The notes beneath the pieces are model-generated. The model searched no databases, had not been told where the DNA came from, and was given only the letters and a program-made list of their open reading frames with translations. From a virus (Duplodnaviria > Caudoviricetes): DNA of 64,000 nt. The translations under genes were made by a program, and so were the position numbers. Below are positions 54,693 through 62,888 of this stretch, in pieces; position 1 is the first letter of the stretch; every line of letters starts with the position of its first letter. The DNA lies in the IMG/VR virus record IMGVR_UViG_3300015050_001523, positions 32,001 through 96,000 of that record, one strand, 5' to 3'.

Positions 54693-55231
54693 ATTTTATT
54701 TCTTCCTTTGTGCTTGTAAACGTGTTCGTAGTATGTATTTTTATTAATTCCACGAAGAAAGGATTTTGCTGGGCCAAGGCCATAAACAGGCATTTTATTA
54801 TGAGAAAATCCATTTTCTTCAAGCCAAAAAAATGCTTGTTTCCAATCTTCTGGAAGCTTATTTGGATTTTGGCATTTAAGAATCTCTTCGCCTTCATCTC
54901 CATCGGCCGTTACAATGCAAACAGAAAAAAATTTAGCCCAATTTTTTTTATCTTCACCTGTTAGTTCTTTTGCAACTAGCCATTCATAAGCAAAAATTCT
55001 TGTTTCATCTTCGTCTCCAAATATTGCATGACAAGCTTCATGAAGAATTCCTGAGCGAGAACGATTAGAGTTGTTTTTATATAAAACGATTGGAGCTTCA
55101 TTTACACAAGCAAGTTGGCTTCCCCAATCTGAAAACATTTCATCCCCCCAAATATATTCAAGGCGAGGATCGTCATCTTCTGAAGTGTCTATACAAATTC
55201 CAAGTGCATTGACTAGACTTATAATGTTCAT
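54689..55231 (-). CDS. HExxH-motif protein (possible zincin metallopeptidase)
   Basis: GILHEACHAIF followed by downstream Glu residues. Confidence 0.5.
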   Translation of the reverse strand: MNIISLVNALGICIDTSEDDDPRLEYIWGDEMFSDWGSQLACVNEAPIVLYKNNSNRSRSGILHEACHAIFGDEDETRIFAYEWLVAKELTGEDKKNWAKFFSVCIVTADGDEGEEILKCQNPNKLPEDWKQAFFWLEENGFSHNKMPVYGLGPAKSFLRGINKNTYYEHVYKHKGRNKI

Positions 55232-55419
55232 TATTTATAGATCAAAACAAGAATGGTAAATAAAGAGACAAGAAATAAACTAAATAAAACTCCACGTGTC
55301 CAAATAAGTTTCATAATTACCGCATGATCTTCATGCATGCAGCCTTTTAAGAATCTGATTCTTTCTTCGTAGGAATTGATGATTTGTATCTTTTCATTTT
55401 CTTCTTTATAATTGAGCAT
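55231..55419 (-). CDS. small membrane protein
   Basis: C-terminal hydrophobic helix. Confidence 0.55.
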   Translation of the reverse strand: MLNYKEENEKIQIINSYEERIRFLKGCMHEDHAVIMKLIWTRGVLFSLFLVSLFTILVLIYK

Positions 55420-55444
55420 AAATAACCTTGACCTTCATGATCTC

Positions 55445-55472
55445 ATTGTAACTCTTCTGCATGAGAAGTCAA
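55445..55472 (-). promoter_or_regulatory. sigma70-type promoter
   Basis: TTGACT-N16-TACAAT. Confidence 0.75.
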
Positions 55473-55503
55473 CTCTTTCAAGTTTTCATTTTTGTTGATT
55501 TTA

Positions 55504-56097
55504 TTAGGTCTGAAAATTTCTAAAAGTTATATTAATTCTGGGCTTCCAAACCTTAGTTCTTTTAGGAAGAGAATGATCCCAATTTTTTTGAGTTTCTCCT
55601 TCCATCAAAAGCAAACTCCCATTTTCAAGAATTATTTTTCTTTTATTTTTATGATCGGTTTTTTTTCTTAATAAGAAATCTCGTTCGGCGCCAAAGCTAA
55701 CACTTGCAATTTTTGAACCAATTTCTGATTCATCATCAGAATGCCAGCCAACAACATTCAAACCTGTCTCATATAAATTAACAAGGGCAGAATTAAATGT
55801 TGTTTTACAAATTCCTTCAATTTTATTTTTTATATCTAAAAGAGAAGATGACCAATAAATTGGTTCAAGTTTTATTCCAGAATAGATATAAACTATATCA
55901 GGACTATCGGCAAACCATTGATGTTTTCGTGGAACATTATGTGTTTTTCCATATACAGAAATTTTGTCTTGCCTCCAAAGAATTGAATTAAATAATTTTT
56001 CGAAAATCAAATTGGGATTTTCAAAATTTACAATGTTTGGAGGATAGTAATTAACAACTCCCGAATTATCATCAATAATTGATATTGAATTCGTCAT
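55504..56097 (-). CDS. alkB: AlkB (ALKBH2/3-like) 2OG-Fe(II) dioxygenase
   Basis: LVNLY..G...GWHSDDE, SVSFGAER.F, HSLPK, RINITFR. Confidence 0.92.
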   Translation of the reverse strand: MTNSISIIDDNSGVVNYYPPNIVNFENPNLIFEKLFNSILWRQDKISVYGKTHNVPRKHQWFADSPDIVYIYSGIKLEPIYWSSSLLDIKNKIEGICKTTFNSALVNLYETGLNVVGWHSDDESEIGSKIASVSFGAERDFLLRKKTDHKNKRKIILENGSLLLMEGETQKNWDHSLPKRTKVWKPRINITFRNFQT

Positions 56098-56537
56098 TTT
56101 GTTTGATCAAAATCAAAAGGACGTAAAAGAGGATCATGATATGTTTTTGGTGATGGAAGATATTTCTCTGGAAGCTCATCTAATTTTACTTTTGTTATGC
56201 GAGATCGCATATAAAGTTCACCAGAAGGAACTTTCTCTTCTAAAATGGCTCCATAATCACATAAAAGCCCTTCATTTGAGCTGTGTTTTGAAAGTAGTTC
56301 ATGCATTGTCAACAAACCATCAAGATATTCTTTAATTGATTTTTTCTCTGAGCGAACAAATAGAGTTCTTGTAATGGTTGGCTCACATGTTAAATCGCAA
56401 GAACACCATTTTTCAATATAAGATTCTCCATCTTTACCAATCCACTCAGACAATAAAGGTCCTTGAAAATCTTCAAGATCACGAACATATTCTAATTTAG
56501 GCAAATTAGATTCTGTTCCAATAATTGGAAATATCAC
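56094..56537 (-). CDS. hypothetical protein (DUF6575-like, from recall)
   Basis: LEDFQGPLLS..DGESYI.KWC pattern. Confidence 0.45.
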   Translation of the reverse strand: MIFPIIGTESNLPKLEYVRDLEDFQGPLLSEWIGKDGESYIEKWCSCDLTCEPTITRTLFVRSEKKSIKEYLDGLLTMHELLSKHSSNEGLLCDYGAILEEKVPSGELYMRSRITKVKLDELPEKYLPSPKTYHDPLLRPFDFDQTK

Positions 56538-56776
56538 TTTTCAACCTTTTCTTCTTTTTCTGGTAACTGCGATTGGCAAGCTGAGTTTAAACCGTTGTCC
56601 CATGGCGTGTCAGTCTCTCCACACGTAACGCAGCGTATATCGTAGATGGAGCTATCAGAGAAGCGTATTCGATGGCCTAGCGAGTCTGGCCTGATCAGGT
56701 ATGGATCTTCCCCAAAATTATCTCTGGTTGCGCGAGCAATAATAGTTTCTAATTGGTTAGTTGATTTTTGAGTCAT
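56534..56776 (-). CDS. hypothetical protein with Cys/His motif
   Basis: GH....SDSS.YD.RC..CG.TD. Confidence 0.55.
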   Translation of the reverse strand: MTQKSTNQLETIIARATRDNFGEDPYLIRPDSLGHRIRFSDSSIYDIRCVTCGETDTPWDNGLNSACQSQLPEKEEKVEK

Positions 56777-57050
56777 AAGTTTCTTTATAATTTCTAGTTT
56801 TTAAAAAATCTTCTGGGTCCAAATCCAGAAATATTGCTCTTTTTACATCTTCTGCCAACTCATCATCAATTGCATATTCTTCAATTTTTGAAATAACTTC
56901 AGAGCGAGACCAAAAATCTTTGAACTCTATAAGAATATCGTCATCTTCGCCTTCTTTTGTTACCGAAATAAAAAAAGTATTCAAAGGCTTGTCAAGTCCG
57001 GCAACAACTTCATATTCTGGATTTTTTGAATTTAATTTAATTCTACTCAT
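56757..57050 (-). CDS. hypothetical protein
   Basis: 97-aa ORF, VAGLDKPLNTFF. Confidence 0.6.
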   Translation of the reverse strand: MSRIKLNSKNPEYEVVAGLDKPLNTFFISVTKEGEDDDILIEFKDFWSRSEVISKIEEYAIDDELAEDVKRAIFLDLDPEDFLKTRNYKETYDSKIN

Positions 57051-57069
57051 TTAATTTTCTTCTTTATCT

Positions 57070-57489
57070 TTAATATAATTTAAGATCTTTGGTAATTGGA
57101 TCAATTTTTGAAGAGAAATCTGGCCCAATTGCAACAGTTGTATAGGTCTCAATTCCTTTAAATTCTGTCCTTCCTGAATCCTTTATTATTGAACAAATTA
57201 TATTTGAATCATTTGCTTTATTGTAAATATCTAAAAGTTCTTGTTCTGAATCAACAGTTAAACAAATTTTTGTAAATGAGCCTTGCATCCATTTGTGCAT
57301 GGCCTCTGAATTATGAACAAACTTGCAACAATACTCATTGTTTATATTTGAATCAATATTGTTTGAATTTTGTTCTTTCATTAAGTTTAAAAAAACTGCA
57401 AGAGAAGCATGGGCACCTTGGGCGACTTCTTTTCCCCTTCTCATTTTTAAATCTTTTCTAATTACTATAACTTGTTTTATATCGCTCAT
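57070..57489 (-). CDS. pth2: peptidyl-tRNA hydrolase Pth2 (archaeal/eukaryotic type)
   Basis: KQVIVIRKDLKMRRGK..AQGAHAS, KICL, I.DSGRTE, T.VAIGP. Confidence 0.93.
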   Translation of the reverse strand: MSDIKQVIVIRKDLKMRRGKEVAQGAHASLAVFLNLMKEQNSNNIDSNINNEYCCKFVHNSEAMHKWMQGSFTKICLTVDSEQELLDIYNKANDSNIICSIIKDSGRTEFKGIETYTTVAIGPDFSSKIDPITKDLKLY

Positions 57490-57503
57490 GATTCTAATAT
57501 ATT

Positions 57504-57821
57504 TTAAATTTTAATGAAATCTTTTTTAAGATTTGAAAGAATAAAACTAAGAGACTTTCTCCTTTCAATCTCTTTCCAATAATCTTCTTCAGAATATCTT
57601 CTATCGTCTAAATAATAGTCATAATCTTTATTTCCCCATTCGATAGCAGGGCCGTCTTCTCTATGAAGTTTTCCATGGATTCTCCATTCTTTGGTTCCAC
57701 CATATTTATCTTCGAAAGCGGGTCCATCTTCTCGATGGAGCTTGTCATTTAAAAAATACCACTTGGTTCCTAATTTATATAGATCAACATGTAACCCGTT
57801 CATTATAGACTGATTTTTCAT
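57504..57821 (-). CDS. HREDGPA-repeat family, copy E16 (2 units)
   Basis: MNGLHVD..LHREDGPA..YWKEIERRKSLSFILSNLK. Confidence 0.8.
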   Translation of the reverse strand: MKNQSIMNGLHVDLYKLGTKWYFLNDKLHREDGPAFEDKYGGTKEWRIHGKLHREDGPAIEWGNKDYDYYLDDRRYSEEDYWKEIERRKSLSFILSNLKKDFIKI

Positions 57822-57847
57822 AATTTTATTCCTTAAATCTTAAAATC

Positions 57848-58318
57848 TCAACATGCAAAATCGCATATTTTGTATTCGTTTTTAGCATTCTTTCCCCAAT
57901 GATGCAAGGAATATTGCTCTGAACGATCTAATTTTAGTTCATGCGCAAAAGCACGTATTTCATGATTTGGAGGCGTTGAATTTGCATCTTTTAGATATTC
58001 CATTTCTAGCCATCGAAAATCCTTAACATCCCAATCATAAATTTTAGGCAAGAATTTATGATTTGATTTAAGCCAATTATTAACTTCTTTTTTATTTTGG
58101 TTATGAAATTGGTGGTCGCTACTATCTGGGCCTTCCCATTCTATTTTAAGCGCAACTGGCTCTTCATATTCTTTTATCTTTAATTTATAAACTGTTCTAC
58201 AACATCCACTGCCAAGATATTCTGAATATTTATTTAATATTTTTCTAGCACTTTGATCTTTTCTTTTCTCAATTAAGTTGAGCAACTCTCGATATAAAGA
58301 TTCTTTTATTTGTTTCAT
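57848..58318 (-). CDS. minimal protein-kinase-like fold protein
   Basis: Gly loop LGSGCCRTVY, VALK, helix-C-like E, MEY hinge, ICDF. Confidence 0.55.
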   Translation of the reverse strand: MKQIKESLYRELLNLIEKRKDQSARKILNKYSEYLGSGCCRTVYKLKIKEYEEPVALKIEWEGPDSSDHQFHNQNKKEVNNWLKSNHKFLPKIYDWDVKDFRWLEMEYLKDANSTPPNHEIRAFAHELKLDRSEQYSLHHWGKNAKNEYKICDFAC

Positions 58319-58400
58319 TTTGTTCTTTCTTTTTCAAGACAATTTTGACTTTCCAATTTTATAAATTTCTGCTACACTCCTAAAACAGATTGAACAAAAA

Positions 58401-59150
58401 ATGAAAAGAATTTTTATCAAAGATAAACTTAAATCGTTAGATACCAATATTGAAGATGTTCCTCTTGGTGTTTTCGATGAGATTGGCGAATACTGCGCAA
58501 AAAAAGCAAGACAACCAACAAATAAATATTATAATTCAGCAGGATGTTTTTTTCGTCCAAATTATGAACGTGGAATCCTAATTGATTCCATGGTTAGGCG
58601 CTATAGGCCAAAATCATTATTGGAAATTGGTTTTGGCCGCGGATATTGGTCAATGTGTGCAGCAATGTCAATGACAAATAATAGAATTGATGGAACTATT
58701 GATTCTATTGATGTTTCATATGATAAAACCCATCTTGACAATATGGAAAAGATTTTTCCTAAAAACTGGTTGTCAAAAATGAAACTATGGGAAGGAACAT
58801 CTTTAGAAGTTTTGAATAATCATATGCCCGACAAAACTTGGGATATTGTATATATCGATGGAGCCCATACCTACGATGCAGTAATTGCTGATTTTAAAGC
58901 CATTATGAATCGAACGAATATGTTTGTTATTTTTGATGATTATTATTTTGAAATGGATGAAACGGCCCCAGATATTCAGGTTCGACAAGCTGTTGATGAT
59001 GCTGTTTTATGGGATAAGGAATTGATCCATATGGATAGATTAATTTTTTCTGACGATAGAGAATCATGGAGATCAAATGAAGATCTAGAAAAAATGAAAT
59101 CTTCAACCTATGGCCAAGTAATCGCAAGAAACCCAGCATTTAATGGCTAA
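58401..59150 (+). CDS. class I SAM-dependent methyltransferase (Methyltransf_24-like)
   Basis: LLEIGFGRG, YIDGAHTY..V..DF, IFDDY. Confidence 0.85.
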   Translation: MKRIFIKDKLKSLDTNIEDVPLGVFDEIGEYCAKKARQPTNKYYNSAGCFFRPNYERGILIDSMVRRYRPKSLLEIGFGRGYWSMCAAMSMTNNRIDGTIDSIDVSYDKTHLDNMEKIFPKNWLSKMKLWEGTSLEVLNNHMPDKTWDIVYIDGAHTYDAVIADFKAIMNRTNMFVIFDDYYFEMDETAPDIQVRQAVDDAVLWDKELIHMDRLIFSDDRESWRSNEDLEKMKSSTYGQVIARNPAFNG

Positions 59151-59413
59151 GTTTCTTCTTTTGTTATTTCGAGAACGCCAAAGTCAACAAGATTCCAGTC
59201 ATCAATAATCTTTTTTGCATCCTCGTCTCTTAGCTCGATTGAATCAGGTTCTTTGCTGTAGTTTGTTGAGGTTCTACTATACTTTTTTATTTCATTAAAG
59301 ACATCTTGAATGGTTGGCTCAGGTGGGAAATTTCCATCCGGCCAAATTTCAAATTCATCCATAACAAGGTCAATAGTGTATCTAATCCTGAATTTTGAGC
59401 TATAATCTTTCAT
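59147..59413 (-). CDS. hypothetical protein
   Basis: 88-aa ORF. Confidence 0.55.
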   Translation of the reverse strand: MKDYSSKFRIRYTIDLVMDEFEIWPDGNFPPEPTIQDVFNEIKKYSRTSTNYSKEPDSIELRDEDAKKIIDDWNLVDFGVLEITKEET

Positions 59414-59429
59414 AATTTTATTTCTTTAA

Positions 59430-59645
59430 TTAATAAGTAAAAGTGAACCAGCCACGAGTTGAAGTTGATTGATATTGAATCAGTCCGATTGTTCCAACTT
59501 CTGGTTTGCCAACTACCTGATTACTCATTAGATAATAATAATCTCCATTTTCATCTTCGTCCTTTATAACCCATTTGTATCCAGTTTCAGGACTTGGGAC
59601 TTTTAGAATTTTGGCTTTTTTCGGTTCGTTTTTAGTCGCAGCCAT
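59430..59645 (-). CDS. hypothetical protein
   Basis: Start MAATK preferred; longer track ORF overlaps upstream gene. Confidence 0.5.
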   Translation of the reverse strand: MAATKNEPKKAKILKVPSPETGYKWVIKDEDENGDYYYLMSNQVVGKPEVGTIGLIQYQSTSTRGWFTFTY

Positions 59646-59919
59646 AACTAGCACCATATCCTTTCGGTTCGTCACTATGATCATAATCATCATTGTAATC
59701 ATGATCCTGTTCATCGATGTCTAAGTCTTCACATAATTCTTCACATAGTGTCATTCCGGCGGCAGCATCATTAAGTTTATTTTCAGAATCAATAAATTCT
59801 TCAGCGTCTTCTTTATACTTAAAGTAAGCCAAGGTAAGAGGTTCTGGCTCCTCTTCAGAAATAAAATCATCAGTAATGACAAAAAAGAGACCATGTTCTT
59901 CTGAAATAATTGTAGCCAT
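59632..59919 (-). CDS. small highly acidic protein (DNA-mimic candidate)
   Basis: 30 D/E vs 4 K and 0 R in 95 aa. Confidence 0.6.
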   Translation of the reverse strand: MATIISEEHGLFFVITDDFISEEEPEPLTLAYFKYKEDAEEFIDSENKLNDAAAGMTLCEELCEDLDIDEQDHDYNDDYDHSDEPKGYGASYGCD

Positions 59920-59922
59920 AAT

Positions 59923-60180
59923 CTATCCCTTCGTTTGCTGCTTTGTCCAAATGTTTAAGGTTTGAATATCAAGTGCCTCATTTAGTGTTTTGACTTTAAC
60001 TCCAAGCAGTTTACCATATTTTCCGGCCACATAACCAGCTCCATAGTCAGCTGATTCATTGCTTACAGGCCGCCCAGTTTTATTTTGTTTATCTCTTTGG
60101 CCATCATCATATCCAGCCAAAAAATGATTTTCTCGTTCTTTTATATTGAGACCTTGTTGCTGTTGTGTTTCAAGAGTCAT
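59923..60180 (-). CDS. hypothetical protein with GYxDG / GYxAG motifs
   Basis: 85-aa ORF. Confidence 0.55.
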   Translation of the reverse strand: MTLETQQQQGLNIKERENHFLAGYDDGQRDKQNKTGRPVSNESADYGAGYVAGKYGKLLGVKVKTLNEALDIQTLNIWTKQQTKG

Positions 60181-60186
60181 TTTTAT

Positions 60187-60372
60187 TTAATCTTTCTTCT
60201 CGTATGAGATTTTGATTTGGGTTGAGCGACGAACATCACCAAGCGGCCCTCCATAACATTGGCCTTGACCTATGGTTCCAGGCTGAACTTCAATGGCGAG
60301 ATCATATATCTTTACATCAAGATGATCGGCAAGAATATTAAGTATTTCGTTATGGTTTAGTGTCTTTTTCAT
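60187..60372 (-). CDS. hypothetical protein
   Basis: 61-aa ORF, first gene after promoter. Confidence 0.55.
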   Translation of the reverse strand: MKKTLNHNEILNILADHLDVKIYDLAIEVQPGTIGQGQCYGGPLGDVRRSTQIKISYEKKD

Positions 60373-60406
60373 AAGATTTTTTTTGGTATATCTTTGTCCC
60401 TTAGTG

Positions 60407-60434
60407 ATTGTAGCACCTCTTCATTGGGAGTCAA
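60407..60434 (-). promoter_or_regulatory. sigma70-type promoter
   Basis: TTGACT-N16-TACAAT with GGTGC. Confidence 0.8.
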
Positions 60435-60568
60435 GAAGATTTAATTACCATATTTTTATTCTCTGAATAAAATAGAATAACATATTGAAAAATAAAGACG
60501 CAAATATGCTAACAAACAAACTTACTAAAAATGCAGATAAAGTCATTCAAGGATTCCTATTGGTTTTG

Positions 60569-61042
60569 TTAAGGATGAAAGCAAAATATTTTTTCATGTC
60601 GACAAGTAATTTCTCTATCCAAAATTAGATATTCTTCTTCCAATTCCTTGATAAGTTCTTTCACTTTAGAGTTAATTTCTTGCATTCTTTTTAATATAAT
60701 TTGTTTCTCTAATTCTAATTCTTCATCTGTTTTAGTATTTTTTACTTTAATTTTGTAAAGATTTTTACAATAATCTTCATCTTTAATAATTTCAAGTTCT
60801 TTTGAAACTGATTTCACTGTACTTCTAGCAAGGCTAATAAAATCAAAACAATTGTCTGGTTCGGCTGATAGTGGAAAGAATGGAATGTAGATAATAGCCT
60901 CTTCTTTGGTGCCTCCATCCTCTATATATTTTACAAAGGTTTCTGCTGTCTCTTTAACCATTTGAAGAGATTTATCTAAATCTGATTGTTTATTTTTTTT
61001 AGATTTAGAAATGTTTTCTTTTAGTTTTTCAGCAAGATTCAT
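60569..61042 (-). CDS. hypothetical coiled-coil protein
   Basis: 157-aa ORF. Confidence 0.6.
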   Translation of the reverse strand: MNLAEKLKENISKSKKNKQSDLDKSLQMVKETAETFVKYIEDGGTKEEAIIYIPFFPLSAEPDNCFDFISLARSTVKSVSKELEIIKDEDYCKNLYKIKVKNTKTDEELELEKQIILKRMQEINSKVKELIKELEEEYLILDREITCRHEKIFCFHP

Positions 61043-61047
61043 AAATT

Positions 61048-62406
61048 TTATTTCATTAGGTTTGAAGAAATAATCTCGGCAAAAATTCGATATTGATTGT
61101 TTTCATGATTGTTGTCGCTATCGTCACCGTACTTGTGCGCAACCTCATGAACAAGAGTTTGAAGCAAGTCTGATTCATTATCAAGAATTTTTCGAGCAAG
61201 ATTAATGCTCTTGACTTCGCCGCCATGAACAACTTCTGCCGTCCCTTTGATGCTATCTCCTAAAAAGTCAACAACATTAATGATATTCATTGTTAGCCAA
61301 TATTCAACGGAAGAAACAAGTTCAATACTTCGAACCAAATTCTTTTTTTCATTTTCAGTTAGGTCGTTCCAAGAATAGGTTGTCTTTTTATCCATTGCAC
61401 TCTTATTTAGACGGTCTGCAAGTTTCCCCACATACTTTTCAATAATGTTCTTAATGGACTGAGAAACAACAACTCCTTTCTTTCCAAAGTGTTCTACACG
61501 CTGACTGTCCCCAATGGAAGTGACAGGCATAGCAGCTTCTCCATTTTGAGAAATAAAATGATCTGCAACCATTTTATTAAATCCACCAGAATACCCATAG
61601 AAATCAGTATACGCAAATGCCTGGCTTTCTCCGCAAGAATCATCATTTAAAACAGTAAGAATCTCTTCTACTTTGAAAAGTTTCTTTTCAGTTGCCTCCA
61701 TAATAAGTTCACGAATTGTAGAAAACAAATCCCAAGGATTGGCAACCTCTCGATCTCGATTCAGATCGATATTTAAATTATATCCGAAGCTATAATTGTT
61801 TGGAAGTTTGCAAACATAAATTCCTTTGACAAATAGATCATTTTGATATTTTGGGTCAAGAAGAATAGATCCATTCTTCAAATTAATCCGAGGATCATTT
61901 TTATTGTTAAAATGAAGAAGTCGAGCCTTGTAAGCTTCCCAATCGCTCGGAGAAACTCCCTTAATTTCAACAATAAAATCATTGATGCGTTTTGGTTGCT
62001 TCCTAATGTCAATAACCAAAACTTCTAATCCATTTTCATTTAAAACATGTTTTGCAATCCAAGCTTCGTCTCCTGTTCGAATCCAAACTTCATGACCAAA
62101 ATTAAGCAAAGAATTAATTCCAACAATAAGACCTTCTCCATGCTGTCCACGCGCAGCCGAGTCTTCTCGCTTGGTCGAGAACCCGAGCACCAAAGCGTCT
62201 GTAGAGAGCGTCACGCCTTCATTGGACACCTTGAGCGCCCAGGCTCCCGAACGGTCACGAGCCTTTCCATGCTCGATTCGCATAAAATGACCTTTATCAT
62301 GTCCATCCAAAGCATTTTGAATGATTTCACGAATGCCAGCCCATGCTGAATTAAACCCGGCAGTTAGAGCATAATTTTTTGCGATATTTGTATTATAAAT
62401 GGTCAT
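61048..62406 (-). CDS. GHKL (Hsp90/MutL/MORC-type) ATPase with C-terminal HExxH motif
   Basis: IREIIQNALD, SNEG, LVLGFSTK, RGQHGEGL; TLVHEVAH near C-terminus. Confidence 0.75.
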   Translation of the reverse strand: MTIYNTNIAKNYALTAGFNSAWAGIREIIQNALDGHDKGHFMRIEHGKARDRSGAWALKVSNEGVTLSTDALVLGFSTKREDSAARGQHGEGLIVGINSLLNFGHEVWIRTGDEAWIAKHVLNENGLEVLVIDIRKQPKRINDFIVEIKGVSPSDWEAYKARLLHFNNKNDPRINLKNGSILLDPKYQNDLFVKGIYVCKLPNNYSFGYNLNIDLNRDREVANPWDLFSTIRELIMEATEKKLFKVEEILTVLNDDSCGESQAFAYTDFYGYSGGFNKMVADHFISQNGEAAMPVTSIGDSQRVEHFGKKGVVVSQSIKNIIEKYVGKLADRLNKSAMDKKTTYSWNDLTENEKKNLVRSIELVSSVEYWLTMNIINVVDFLGDSIKGTAEVVHGGEVKSINLARKILDNESDLLQTLVHEVAHKYGDDSDNNHENNQYRIFAEIISSNLMK

Positions 62407-62441
62407 ATTAATATCTTTCTTTTATGTGAAATGATCAAGTT

Positions 62442-62624
62442 TTACTTGGCACCAATCCAAATTTCTCGACATGAATTGCATTCATATCTAATCTTGGACT
62501 CGCCTGTACAGGTATGGCAAATTTCCTTTTCGGGCTCAGTTAGCAGCGTGAATACATTACACCCACAAACACAGCGAAAGGAGTTTTTAGACCCATTTAA
62601 AAAAATCATTTTAGATTCTGACAT
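62442..62624 (-). CDS. small zinc-finger-like protein
   Basis: CVCGCNVF, CHTC, YECNSC. Confidence 0.55.
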   Translation of the reverse strand: MSESKMIFLNGSKNSFRCVCGCNVFTLLTEPEKEICHTCTGESKIRYECNSCREIWIGAK

Positions 62625-62888
62625 TATTTTTACCTCGGATATTCCACTTAGCTTAGCTCAAGAGGAATTCGCATACCATTTGTTTTTGATTTGAGCCAAA
62701 GCTCACATTTTTTTAATTCAGATTTTCCTAACTCTGATAGTGAGTCTTTGTTTCGAGAAAAATCCAAAAGCCTATCAATAAAATCAATCTCTTGTTTGTT
62801 TTTCATACCGGCCCGCACACCTGTACAGCTAGAACAACCACCGCAACGAGGACCCAGAAAATCAGCTCGGCATAACTTTCCCTCCTCA

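Noticed and set aside
7142-57821. Diversity-generating retroelement behind the repeat family
   Set aside because: No reverse transcriptase in the window, no non-coding template copy, and differences between copies are not confined to adenines as far as I could read. Not excluded genome-wide.
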